From: Cyanophora paradoxa CCMP329
Lineage: Eukaryota > Plantae > Glaucophyta
Assembly (NCBI GenBank): GCA_004431415.1
Contig: QPMI01000166.1
Location: 106,042 to 170,041 of the forward strand
Direction of reading: 5' to 3'
Length of the DNA: 64,000 nucleotides
Shown piece after piece: positions 22,947-33,290 of this stretch (the first letter of the stretch is position 1; each line of letters opens with the position of its first letter). Position numbers and translations under genes: made by a program. The notes under the pieces are model-generated. The model ran no database searches. It had not been told where the DNA came from and was given only the letters and a program-made list of their open reading frames with translations.

Positions 22947-23790
22947 ATGGCGCAGCAGTTCAAGATGCCGCCCTGGCACGACTGGCCGCCGGCCTTTACG
23001 TATGCCGGCGGCGGCGCTGCTCGAGTTCTTAGCTATTCCGCTCTCTGATGGTTGTCCGCGCGCGCAGGGTGCAGCGCGCGGCGGCGACACAGCAAAAGCA
23101 GCTGCAGCTGTGGAGCCAGCTCGTGTGCGACTACTGCAGGGCGTACAACCTGCAGGCTCTCGAACTCAACGATCCGAACAGCCCGCTCTTTGCCAACAGC
23201 AGGATACAGCGTGCGAGCTGCCCTGCTGTCTCCGCGGCCCGGCCGACGCGCGCGTTCGCGCAGGGCGGCTGACGAAGGAGGGTTTAGACCTGCTGGCGAA
23301 CCACTTAATAGGGCAGGGTTCGTGCGCGTGCGCCGCTCGCGCCGCAGACCGCTGAGGGCGAGCAGGCATGGCGGCGTGGGCCCCCAACTCAAACGCGCGC
23401 TTGCTAATCTACTGGAGGCGGCCGGAGGAGTGGGCGTCCATGCTGCACCGCTGGGTGCGCCGCTCAGCCGTGCGGCGCCACCGCAGTGCGGCCCGGCCGA
23501 CGGTCCCCGCGCATGCGCAGGTGGTGGAGCAGGGGAGGGACGGGCAGGTCTTCACCCTCTTCGAGCTGCGGGAGGGCGAGTTCGGGGGGCGCGTCGGCGC
23601 CGAGTTCAGGAGCATAGACATGGACCTCCTCCTTCAGGTGCGGCGCAGTCGCGGGTTGCGGGCGCCGGCGCCGGCGCCCGCACGGCTCATCAGTTCCGCG
23701 CAGGCGCTGCGGCACCTTGAGTCGCAGGGGAAGGCGCGCGTCATGCGCAACGCGGCGGGCGCGGAGGAGGGCGTCAAGTTCGTGCGATGA
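22947..23790 (+). CDS. VPS25: ESCRT-II subunit VPS25 (6 exons)
   Basis: MAQQFKMPPWHDWPPAFTVQ...QKQLQLWSQLVCDYC...SPLFANSRIQRRL...LIYWRRPEEWA...VFTLFELREG...LLQALRHLESQGKA...GVKFVR*. Confidence 0.95.
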
Positions 23791-24193
23791 CGCCGGAGAG
23801 GACGTCGACGGCCCGAACGGGACCCGGGCCCTGCGACGGCCGGAGATTTAGGATTTCTGGCAGGGGTGGGCCACTGAGTCATCAATAGAGACATTTGCTT
23901 GAAACAAACTATACAACAGATGTCGCGGAAAGACCGCCCGGAGCACGACTAAAGCCTAGCCGGCTAGCTAGATCTGCCTACCATACACGGGCTGAGCGCT
24001 AGGATAGCTGCTGGAGAAGGGCCTGCATGTCCGGTCTCCCTCCCGAAAAACGGGCGACAAACTCGTCGCTGCTGAGTTGTGCAGCTAAAACGCCGCATGT
24101 CGCCGAGGAGGCCCTCGGGCGACACGGGAGAAAAGAAGGCAGGAGCCCGGCCGGGCTGCCTGCAGGTGCGCCGCAGGATGCCGCTGACTCCTC

Positions 24194-24778
24194 TTACGAA
24201 TCGCTGGAGGCCGCGGCCGCCGGGGCGGGCGCTGGCGCTGGTTTGCGACCGACGGGGGGCGGCGGCGCGTCGCCCCTCGCCCGCTTTTCAGGAATGATGT
24301 CTGCCGCGGCACTGGTAAGTGAAGCGAAGCGAGCGGTGCAAGCGCTACGAATAGGCACCGAAGAGAAATTCCATCTCGTCGGTCTGCTTCACGACTTGCG
24401 ATAGGTCCTTGTACGCGATAGTCTGCGGCGCAGCGGAAGTGGTCAGCCCGAGCGCCCGCGCAGCAGAAACATTGCGCTCGCCTTCCTCTTCTCCGACTGA
24501 GTGTTCTCAAAGGCCGCGCGGGCGAAGCGCTCGAGGAAGAGCTCCTGCGGCCGGGCGCGTTTGAAGCAGGCGCGGCGAGCTGGCGCCAGCGGTGCTCACC
24601 GTGGCCTTGCCGACCAGCGCGTAGGCTTCCTGCGACACCTGCTTCACGTCGCCGTCCATCTTCATGATCTGCGCTCGCCGCATCACATCGCAGCGCGAAT
24701 TCGCGCCGGCACGCCGTATAATCTCACCCTCTTGATCCTGGCGAGCGGCAGCGTCGCCTTCTTCTCGTCCTCCGCCAT
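24194..24778 (-). CDS. H2A-like histone-fold protein (NF-YC/DPB3/CHRAC15/POLE4 family), 5 exons
   Basis: LPLARIKRIMKMDGDVKQVSQEAYALVGKATELFLERFARAAFENTQSEKRKTIAYKDLSQVVKQTDEMEFLFDIIP. One GC-AG intron 24423-24481. Confidence 0.92.
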
Positions 24779-24811
24779 TTTGAGCGAGTTGTGTTGGCGC
24801 GGGAAAGCCGA

Positions 24812-25700
24812 CGCCTCGGGGAATCGACCCCGCGACACCCGCGAAACGAAGGGAACTCGAAACCGGACCAGCTTCGAGGCGGCCGTCCGCTTCCGCGGGT
24901 CGAGGAGAGCAGCACGATGCCGCCGCACTCGCGTTCCGCCCGCCGCACCTCGGAGGGCGCCCTCGGCAGGTTTCGCGGCTCCAGCATCGGCCCGCAACCC
25001 CAGCAACGAGAGAGGCAGCAGCGGCGCGCTAGATGCTCGCCCTCGGTCGCGAACTCGCCCGCACGGCGGCCGCAGCCGCCCCCGCGTCGCTCGCGGGCCT
25101 CGGCCCGGCAGCGATCGCACGGTCAGCGCCCATGGCCACCGCGGCTTCCCTGATCGCTTGCAAGGCGTTCGGCATGTTCAGACGCGCCGGTGGCCTTCCC
25201 GAAGTCCCGGAGGGGAGCGCGGGGCTGTCTCCCCAATTGCAGGCTAAAGGCCTAGACCTTTCTTCCGTCCGGCACCTCGCACTGCAAGGCCCGCGGCCGC
25301 CTGGCGTCTGGTCTTCGCCCGCCCTCTCTGCATGGCGCGGTCTGCATTCTGGCGCGGCTGCCCGCGCCGGGACAGGCCCCGGCTCCGGCTCCAGCTCGGA
25401 GGGCGGTTCTAGATCCGACAAGCATGCTGGCGGCCATGGCCAGGGCGCTTCCGCACGCGGTGTGCTCGCCAGCATTACTCTGCCTTAAGCTTCCCTCTTA
25501 ATTAGCTTCGGCGCCGGCGCCGCAGACGGCCGCGGCTTTGGCCTCCTGGACGCCCTCGGATCCGGAGTACTAGTCGCTGGTGCGGCCGGCCTCTACATCA
25601 AAGCACGCGACGCTTGCCATGCCGAAGCAACCGGCGGAGGGAGCGAAGAAAACAAGGAAGACGGCGAGGCTCCTGCCAGCTGCAGTTCGCCAGGTGTTGA
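24812..25700 (+). repeat. Copy A of an inverted segmental duplication (upstream region plus first two exons); partner about 32360-33290
   Basis: Long near-identical blocks such as GAACTCGAAACCGGACCAGCTTCG and CACCTCGGAGGGCGCCCTCGGCAGG occur reverse-complemented at 33055-33260. Confidence 0.93.
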
Positions 25701-25954
25701 GGACCCTCCGCACACGCTTGTTTCTCAAGACAGGCCTTGACTAACGTGATCTCAGCGGCTCCAGCTATCACACAATCTGACGAATCCGCTTGTACAGTGA
25801 CCCGGATCCGTGCGCGCGCCTTGCAATTGAGGTTTTGCTCTTGACGCGCCGTTACAGAGAACCTGCCCAAGGCTGCTAGGCTTCTTATGGTGCTATTGGA
25901 TGTGGTTTTTGATTACATATGCCTTAAGGTACCTGTTTTCACATGTTGCGAACA

Positions 25955-25985
<31 letters not shown>

Positions 25986-26249
25986 TGATCAGGATCATAA
26001 TCCACGGCGCACTAACCCAGGTGGCCAGAAAGGCTTGCGATCTTTTCTTCCCTCAGTGGGGTATCAACGACGAAGACCTTGAATTTATTATAGATATCTG
26101 CTCAAGCTTACCCTTCATTGTCTCCGGTTGTGACCCCCTCAACTGCATTGTGCTGCACGTTTGGGATTTCATGTCAAGTTTTTCAAGACGTACGATCAGA
26201 TCATGTCGTCAACCTTAGAGCTGACAGATCTATAGTAGATTTGGAGTGA
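25033..26249 (+). CDS. Orphan protein, paralogue A: mitochondrial-type presequence, TM segment, ACHAE motif, hydrophobic C-terminal region
   Basis: MLALGRELARTAAAA...WRGLHSGAAARA; GFGLLDALGSGVLVAGAAGLYIKARDACHAE; NLPKAARLLMVLLDVVFDY. Homologous to 31757-33054 with shared intron positions. 3' end uncertain (26218 or 26249). Confidence 0.65.
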
Positions 26250-26294
26250 TTTTCTTCTAGGAGTGATCATGATCTTTTTGGAAATTTGGATGAT

Positions 26295-26700
26295 CGACGT
26301 CGCGTCATGGCACGCTGTCCGGGGGATATCGATCGATATCCCGGGATCTTGCAATTAAATATTGGGCCCCGGGGGTGCGCATGCGCATGCGCATGCACGG
26401 GCGCGCGCCGCGCTCGTGGGCACGTACGCGTATACGTACGCGTACGCGTAGCTATAGCCTAGTAGCTGCGCATGCCGACGCACGTACGCGTACGCGTAGC
26501 TCCGCTGCCTGCTCATACCGACGTACGCGTGTAGCTGCCGCAGTGCCGCGCGCAGTACTAGCGCGAGCCTAGTAGTACTAGTGCGCATGTCCGTCCGACG
26601 GTCCGCGCATCAGTACGACAGCCTGATCATGAGCCCCCGCATGCGTACGTGTGCGTCTAGGTCTTCATGATCAAGGCTTAATATAAGCCGCTGAGCTTCG
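26295..26700. repeat. Palindrome-saturated tract of self-complementary hexamer microsatellites and alternating purine-pyrimidine runs
   Basis: 20-bp perfect palindrome GGGATATCGATCGATATCCC (26323-26342); (TGCGCA)3.5 at 26376-26396; CGTACGCGTATACGTACGCGTACGCGT at 26423-26449; AGTACTAGT; TGATCATGA; TCATGATCA. Confidence 0.92.
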
Positions 26701-26914
26701 AGTCCGAAATCTGCTCAATATCGATGTCTTACTTGCAATTTGATCCGGCTGCAGCTGCCAAGGCTGATCGGACCACGTGCACTGTACCCGCCGAGCAATC
26801 GGCCAAAAAAGTCGCTAGCGTCTGAAGCTCGAGCTGATCGAGCCGAAGCCTATGCACGCCGTGAGGTGATCGAGCCAACGCAGCCGGCACGCGCGCGGCC
26901 GCGGCACCGACGGC

Positions 26915-29900
26915 ATGACCTCAAACTCGCAGCCGCTCGCGGCCGCGGCGGTGAGGTTCGAGCGGCTGCCCGACCGCGGCAACAACAGCCCTCCCCAGCG
27001 CACAAGCACGGCGGCGGCGGCGTGCGTCGGCGCGATCCAAGGCGAGCAGCGGCCTTGCATAGTCATCTACGGCGGTTCCGCTCCTCTTCCGCTCGATGAC
27101 TTGTGGGCTTACGACGTCGGATCGACCTCGTGGATCAAGCTGAGCCCGCGCGGCCCGGCTCCGCCGCGGCTGGAGTTTCCCGTGTTCGTGCGCCATAGAC
27201 TTCCGAAACGAGCGCGTCTGTAGCTCGCGTCGCCCATGTACATTGCGACGCAGGTGTACGCAAGGGGCGCGCTCTGGTTGTGGGGCGGCTGCTCGGGCCC
27301 CATCCAGACGGGGCCCAACATACGACTCGTGCTCAACGACACGATGTGGAGGTGCGGGCCCCGGGCCGTGCGCCTCCCGAGCCGCGGCTCGCTCGGTCGC
27401 TGCGCCGCTGATCCGACCCGCGCCGAACCCAGGCTCAACCCGCAGACGTGGACGTGGGTCAGCGTGCGGGCGAAGGACGCAAAGAGCGCGCCGGCGGGAC
27501 GCTCGGGCGCCCTCGCGCTCGTCGACGAGGAGCGCGGGCGTCTCATCGTCTTCGGCGGCTGCGGGGACGAGATCGCCAACCCGGACACGCCTCAGATGGC
27601 CGACCTCTGGATCTTCTCCTTCGTCGATGCGTGCGCCGCTCGCCGCGCCCCCGCGCCCGCAGCCTCACCGCTCGAGCAGGTCCTGGGCCGAGATCAGGCG
27701 CGTGGGTTCGCAGCCGTGGCCCGAGCCGGTCGCCGGCGCCGCCGGCTGGTGCGCCCCCCCGCCCCGCCCCGGCTCCGCTGCGGCCCGTGGCCGATCGGCG
27801 CGGCGCAGGCTGAGCCCCGACGGGAGCTGCTTCGCCGTGTACGGGGGCAGGCGGAACCAGAACTGCGAACCCAGTCCGCCCCGCCGGCCCGGGCGCGCGC
27901 TCTACCGTGAGACCCGCGTCGCTGACGCGTCACCCGCAGCGCCGGTGGCGGACGGCTGGCTCTTCCACCTGGGCGAGGCCCGCTGGGAGAGGCTGCCGGC
28001 GCGGCCCGACGGCCCTGGCCCCCTCGAGGAGGCGGCCTGCGCGAGCTTCGGCGGGGCGCACCTGCTCTTCGGCGGCGCGGCGCCCGGCGAGCGCTTCTCC
28101 GCCGGCTGCTGGGCCTTCGACCTCGCCGCCGCCCGCGCCGCCGCCGACCCCTGGCGCCCCTCGCCGCCTCCGGGGCACCCGCCCCACGCCGCGCGCATGC
28201 TCGGCGCTGGTCGCCCTCTCGGGCCCCTCGGGCGGCGCGCAGCTGCTGGCGCTCGGGGGCCGCGCCATCGCCGGCTCGCGGGCTGTCTCCTACATCTCCG
28301 AGGTCTTCCGCCTCACCCTCGCGGGCCCCGCTCCGCCGGCCCCGGCACCCGCCCCGCCCCGCCCCCGCCCCCGCCCCGCCCCGCCCCTTCCCCGCCCCTA
28401 CTGCCCCGCCGCTAGCGATCGCCGCGGGTTCTGGTTCGGGCTCGGCCGCGGCAGAGGCGCCGCGGGGCGATGCGGCGCGGAGCCGGTCGCCGACGCCGCC
28501 GCGGAGCCCGTCGCCGGAGCCGCAAAACAGGAGGCCGACGGGTGAGGGCCAGCCGTCGGGAGCAGCAGGGCAGGGCGAGCCTTCGGCGGCGGCGAGCCGG
28601 CCGGCTCCGGCTCCGGAGGCGCCTCGAAGCGAGCCTGGGGCGCCGCCGGGCCAGCCGCCGCCGGCGGCGGCGGAGGAGGCGGGGCCGGGGCAGGTGGGAC
28701 AGTTGGCGGAGCAGCTGCAGAAGGAGCTAGCGCGGGCGCGGCGGGCGGAGGAGGGCGCCGAGAGAGCTCGCGATTTTGAAAGGTGCCGCCGCCGCGCCCG
28801 GCGCGCGGCTGGCCGGGCGGCGGCCGACCCCCGCGCAGGAAGGCGCACGAGGCGACGAGGAAGAAGCTGGCGGAGGCCGAGGCGGCGCGGCGGGCGGCGG
28901 AGGCGCAGCTGCGGGCGGCGGAGAAGGCGCGGCGGCAGGCGGAGGCGGAGCGGGACGGGCTGCGCTCCGCGAAGGAGGCCGCCGAGGCCGCCGCTGCCGA
29001 GGCGCGTAGCGAGGCGGAGGCGCGGGCGCGGGAGGAGGCGCAGCGCTCCTACGCCAGCGGCGTCGAGGCCGGCCGCAAGCTCGTGCGCCCAAGCATGCGC
29101 CCGGCCGCGCCGCACCGTTTCCTGATCGCGGCGCAGGGTGCTGAGCTGCACGAGCCGCTGCGGGCGCGGTTGAAAGCCGCGGAGGCCGACGCGAAAGAGG
29201 CCCGGAGCAAGGCGGAGGCGGCGCAGAAAGAAGCGGGGGCGGCGCAGAAAGAAGCCGAGGCGGCGCGCGCTGCGCTGGCGCGGGCACAGAAGGTGCGTCG
29301 GTCTCGGGACTGCCCGGCGCCGTCGTCCGACAGCGGCGCAGGGTCTGGAGCAGCAAGAGGCGCTGCGTGCGCGGGCGGATGCGGCTGAAGAAGGGGCGCG
29401 GAGGGAGGCGGAGGCGGCACGCGGGGCGCTGGCGCGGGCGGAGGAGGAGGCGCGGGCGCGGGAGATAGCGCACCGCTCGCAAGTGAGCAGCTTGGAGGCG
29501 GCTCTGGAGACGGTGGGCGTCGGCCAAAGCCGCTGGGCGCCGTTTCCTCACAGCGGCCCAGGGTGAGGAGCAGCAAGAGGCGCTGCGGGCGCGGGCGGCG
29601 GCGGCGGAGCTCGCTACGGCGGAGGCGCGGGGCGAGTTGGAGGCGACGCGCGGGGAGCTGGCGCGGGTGCAGGAGGCGCACCGCCTCCAAGTGAGCGTCC
29701 TGGAGTCCGTTCTGAAGAAGGTGCGCACCGGCGGAGTTGCACCCGGCGCCGCGTTCCGACGGCGGCGCAGAGGGCGGAGCTGCAGATGACGCTGCAGGTG
29801 CGGGCGGAGGCAGTGGAGGCAGACGCCAAGGAGGCGCGGAGCGAGGCGGAGGCGGCGCGCGCGGCGCTGGCGCGCGCGGAGGAGGAGCTGCGGCAGCTGC

Positions 29901-31202
29901 AGTCCCGCCCGAGCGCCTTCGACGCCCGTCTGAAGGCGGTGGGCCTGTGCTCCGGCCCGCACGTCGCTTGCGCTCTTGTTCGACCGCGGCGCAGAGCGAG
30001 GAGCAAGTGGAGGCGCTGCGGGTGCGGGCGGAGGCGGCGGAGGCGAGCGCGGCGGGGGCGTGGAGGGAGCTGGAGGCGGCGCGCGCGGCGCTGGCGCGCG
30101 CGCAGGAGGAGGCGCGGCGGAGCTACGCGAGCGCCTCCGAAGCCCGCCTGAGGGTGCCCACACACTCCCGCGCTGGGACCGGCCTAGCTCCCTCATTCCG
30201 TCGCCGGGGCGCAGAGCGAGGAGCAGTACGGGCTGCTCCTGACGCGGGCGACGGAGGCCGAGGAGCGCGCGGAGGCGGCGGAGGAGGCGCTCGAGAGGCT
30301 CGCGCTGCGGGCCGAGCTGGCGGGGGCGGCGGTGCAGGAGCTGGAGGGGCGGGCGGCGGGGCTGCAGCTCGGCCCCGCCCCGCCGGCCCCGGCGGCGGCG
30401 GCGGCGGTGCTCACGGTGGAGGCCCTCGCCGGCGTCCCCGCCGCGCGGCTGCAGCGGATGCAGCAGGAGCTCCTCGAGAGCGTCGCCGCCGTTGCCGCCG
30501 CCCTCCACGCCGCCCGCACCGCCCGCGCACCGGCCGAGGCCGAGGAGGAGGGGGCGGAGGAGGCGGTATGGGGGGCCGAGGCCGAGATGCAGTCCCGCGG
30601 GGGCCGCCGGGACCGAGGCCGGGGCCGGGGCGGGAGAGGGGGCGCCTCGAGCTCGCACCCGCGAGGCGCGGTGGCCGGCAGCGGTGCCGCTGCGCCCCCT
30701 CTGCCGCCTGGTCTGATGTCTCTGATCGCGCCGCGGCCGCGCGCGTGCAGGCGGCGACTTTGGCTACACGGAGCGGGTGTTCGGGGCCCCGCAGAGCCCG
30801 AGCGAGCAGCTGCAGCCGGCCGCAGACGTCGGCGTGCAGCCCGGGGTGGCGACGAGCGGCCAGCGCGGCGCGCGCCCTCGCGGAGGCGGCGCCCGCGGGC
30901 GAGGCGGCCGCGGAGCCCGTGCGTCGCCTGCTTTTCTTCCTTCGCAACCTGCTCCCTGTCCGTCGACCTTTGATCCAGGAGGCTATCCGGAGGAATGGCC
31001 CTCTGTGGATTTCGAAGCGACGCAGGAGCCTCGGCCATGGCCTCAGGCGGCCGGCCAGACCTCGGGCCAGCCCCGTGGGGCGCGCGGCCGGCCGCGGGGC
31101 CGGGGCGGAGGCGGGGGACCGGGCCCTGCACCGGCGCAGGAAGATGCTCCGGCGGTGCAGCTGCAGGGGGCGGGTGGCGTAGCGTGGCGGCCCAGGGCCT
31201 GA
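26915..31202 (+). CDS. Kelch-repeat protein with modular coiled coil and RGG-rich C-terminal tail
   Basis: IVIYGGSAPLPLDDLWAYDVGSTSWIKL, ALWLWGGC, RLIVFGGCG...ADLWIFSF, HLLFGG; repeated EEQQEALRARAEAAE-like exons; tail RGGRRDRGRGRGGRGG, RGGGARGRGGRG; TGA 31200-31202. Confidence 0.8.
29137..30290 (+). repeat. Tandem array of about 6 homologous exon+intron modules (phase 0-0)
   Basis: Exons 29137-29292, 29342-29512, 29562-29720, 29771-29938, 29995-30153 (156, 171, 159, 168, 159 nt) and start of a sixth at 30215. Introns of 49-61 nt share GGCGCCG..TCC..AC.GCGGCGCAG. Confidence 0.85.
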
Positions 31203-31238
31203 GGGCCGAAGGCGCCTAGTGCTGGCGTACGCCAAGAC

Positions 31239-31600
31239 ACCCCCCTCCCTCCCAAACCCCAACACCCCCTCCCTTCCAAACCCAAACCCCACCCCACGCC
31301 CCTCCCCCTCCCCCCCACCCCTTCTCCCCCCCTCCCACCCCACCCCCCAACCCAAACCTACCCTCCCCTTCCCGGTCCGTAATCCCGGGCCCTTCCCTCC
31401 CCTCCTATCGGCCCCCCCCCCCCCTTCCCCTCCCCCACAACCACCACGACCCGCTGCAGCTCACGGCGAGAACACCGCTCGGTTTTGCAGGCGGTTTGCG
31501 ACTTCAACTGCCCCCTCCCCCATCCTTCCCCCTCCCTCCTCCTCCCCTCCCCCTCCGCCCACCACCTTCCACATGCACCCTGCGGCGGCCTCCCCCGCTC
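31239..31600. repeat. Strongly C-skewed low-complexity tract (CCCAAA/CCCT runs; G-quadruplex potential on the minus strand)
   Basis: CCCCCTCCCTCCCAAACCCCAACACCCCCTCCCTTCCAAACCCAAACCCC...; almost no G over 31239-31370. Confidence 0.8.
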
Positions 31601-31756
31601 GACCCTGACGTCGACCTCGGGCAAATCAAAATTTAAAATCGCGCATGCGAGGCCAGCATTGATGCATGCCGCCAAAGCACGAGGCACCGGCCGGCGTCAA
31701 TTTTTCTAATTTGATGAAAAAAGCACTAGATATAACTTCTTAAACGATCTGTAGTT

Positions 31757-33054
31757 CTACTCTAGGCCTGTCACTTCTCATATACTGATGATACGAAATT
31801 GAAATCGAACGCGAAATCCTAGATATCAAATCCCGAACGCGCAGCACGACTTCGCTGAGGAGGTCAATATCGCACACGTAGAGCGCCAATGAGCCGGCAG
31901 CTATGGCGAGTTGAAGGACAGAGTCGATAGACATCCGCTGGCTCACGGTCATGACCATCATGACCATAGGCTCAAGAATTTGAATTCGAGGCGCCCACTG
32001 ACGAATTCTAGCCACCCACCGAGAAACTCGAGGGCGCTGTGAGCGAAGAAAACCGCCGACCATTTCTTTTACCTGTATTTGGTGTATATGCGCAGTAGAT
32101 CAGCATAGAAGAGAAGATCTAGATCAAGGAAGAACCTGAATCACCTTGGACACGATCTCGAAATATTCAAGCCCGAAATACATCAACTTTACAAGAGCTC
32201 TCAGAGACTTGGGGAGTTCCTCTTTTCGAAGCGGATTTGAAGCGGCGGCCTCCGGCCCTGAAGCATCGCCAAATTGCGCAACAACCGGCGCTGAGCATGA
32301 TCGCGTTAGCCTGTATCTCAGCGTGCGCGGAGGGCGGGAAGGACGTGCAGAGCATGCACCTGGCGAGCTGGTAGGAGCATCACCGTCTTCCTTGGTGTCG
32401 CCGCTCCCTCCGCCGGCTGCCTCGGCATGGCAAGCCTCGCGTGATTTCAGAACATACACGGCGGTGCCGGCGACTGCGAGGGCGGCGCCGGCGCCGGCCA
32501 GGAGACCGAAGCCGTCTGCGGGGTGAATCGATTAATCATGAGATGCAACAGGGGAAGGAGGCCGTCATGGGGAGCGCACCGCGTGCGCGAGCGCTTTGGC
32601 CGCCAGCACTCTTGTCAGATCTAGATCTAAAGCCGCCCTCCGAGCCGGAGCTGGATCCCGCGTCTGCCCCGGCGTGGGCGGCCGCGCTAGAATGCAGAAC
32701 GCGCCAAGCAGAGAGGGCTGGCGATGACCAGACGCCAGGCGGCCGCGGGCCCTGCAGCGCGAGGGGCCGGAAGGTTGACACGGGCGACAGCCTCGCGCTC
32801 CATACTGGGCCGGCGGGAAGGCCATGGCCACCGGCAATTGGGGGAGACAGCCTCGCGCTCCTCTCGAGGACGCCGGGAAGGCTACCGGCGCCGGCGCGTC
32901 TGAACGTGTCGAACGCCTTGGAAGCGATCAGGGATGCCGCGATGGGCGCCGACTGTGCGATCGCCGCCGGCCGCGGGCCGAGCTCGAGGCCCGCGAGCGA
33001 CGCCGGGGCGGCTGCGGCCGCCGTGCGAGCGAGTTCGCGACCGAAGGCGAGCAT
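31757..33054 (-). CDS. Orphan protein, paralogue B of 25033-26249
   Basis: MLAFGRELARTAAAA...WRVLHSSAAAHA; GFGLLAGAGAALAVAGTAVYVLKSREACHAE; ELPKSLRALVKLMYFGLEY; DLLSEVVLRVRDLISRISR. Exon 1 has an internal duplication of about 60 nt (32780-32890). 3' end uncertain (31740 or 31757). Confidence 0.65.
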
Positions 33055-33290
33055 CTAGCGCGCTGAAGCCGCCTCTCTCGTTGCTGGGGTTGCAGGCCGA
33101 TGCTGGAGCCGCGAAGCCTGCCGAGGGCGCCCTCCGAGGTGCGCCGGCCGCGGGCGGAAGGCGACTGCGACGGCATCGTGCTCTCCTCGGCCGAAAGAAG
33201 CGAATGGCCTCGAAGCGCTGCGAAGCTGGTCCGGTTTCGAGTTCACTGCGTTTCGCGGATGCCGCGCGGGGTCGACTCCCGGAATCGCCA
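32360..33290 (-). repeat. Copy B of the inverted segmental duplication
   Basis: Reverse complement aligns to 24812-25700 through the upstream region, exon 1 and exon 2. Confidence 0.93.

Noticed and set aside
24917-25153. Overlapping upstream ORF (MPPHSRSARR...) also open in copy B (32928-33176)
   Set aside because: Shared openness is expected from recent duplication, high GC and 6-nt indels; there is no independent coding signal. It could still be a uORF.
26295-26700. CRISPR array or synthetic polylinker (many restriction-site-like palindromes)
   Set aside because: No constant repeat with unique spacers. The same palindromes occur throughout introns and intergenic DNA and follow the X-X'-X rule.
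16833-31202. The two Kelch/coiled-coil genes as a recent duplicate pair
   Set aside because: No nucleotide or clear peptide similarity beyond generic Kelch GG/W motifs was visible.
31239-31370. Interstitial telomeric repeat
   Set aside because: No regular CCCTAA or CCCTAAA units, only irregular CCCAAA/CCCT runs.
24812-33290. Inverted repeats as transposon termini carrying the Kelch gene
   Set aside because: The repeats are diverged spliced genes plus promoter. No transposase, sharp ends or target-site duplication seen.
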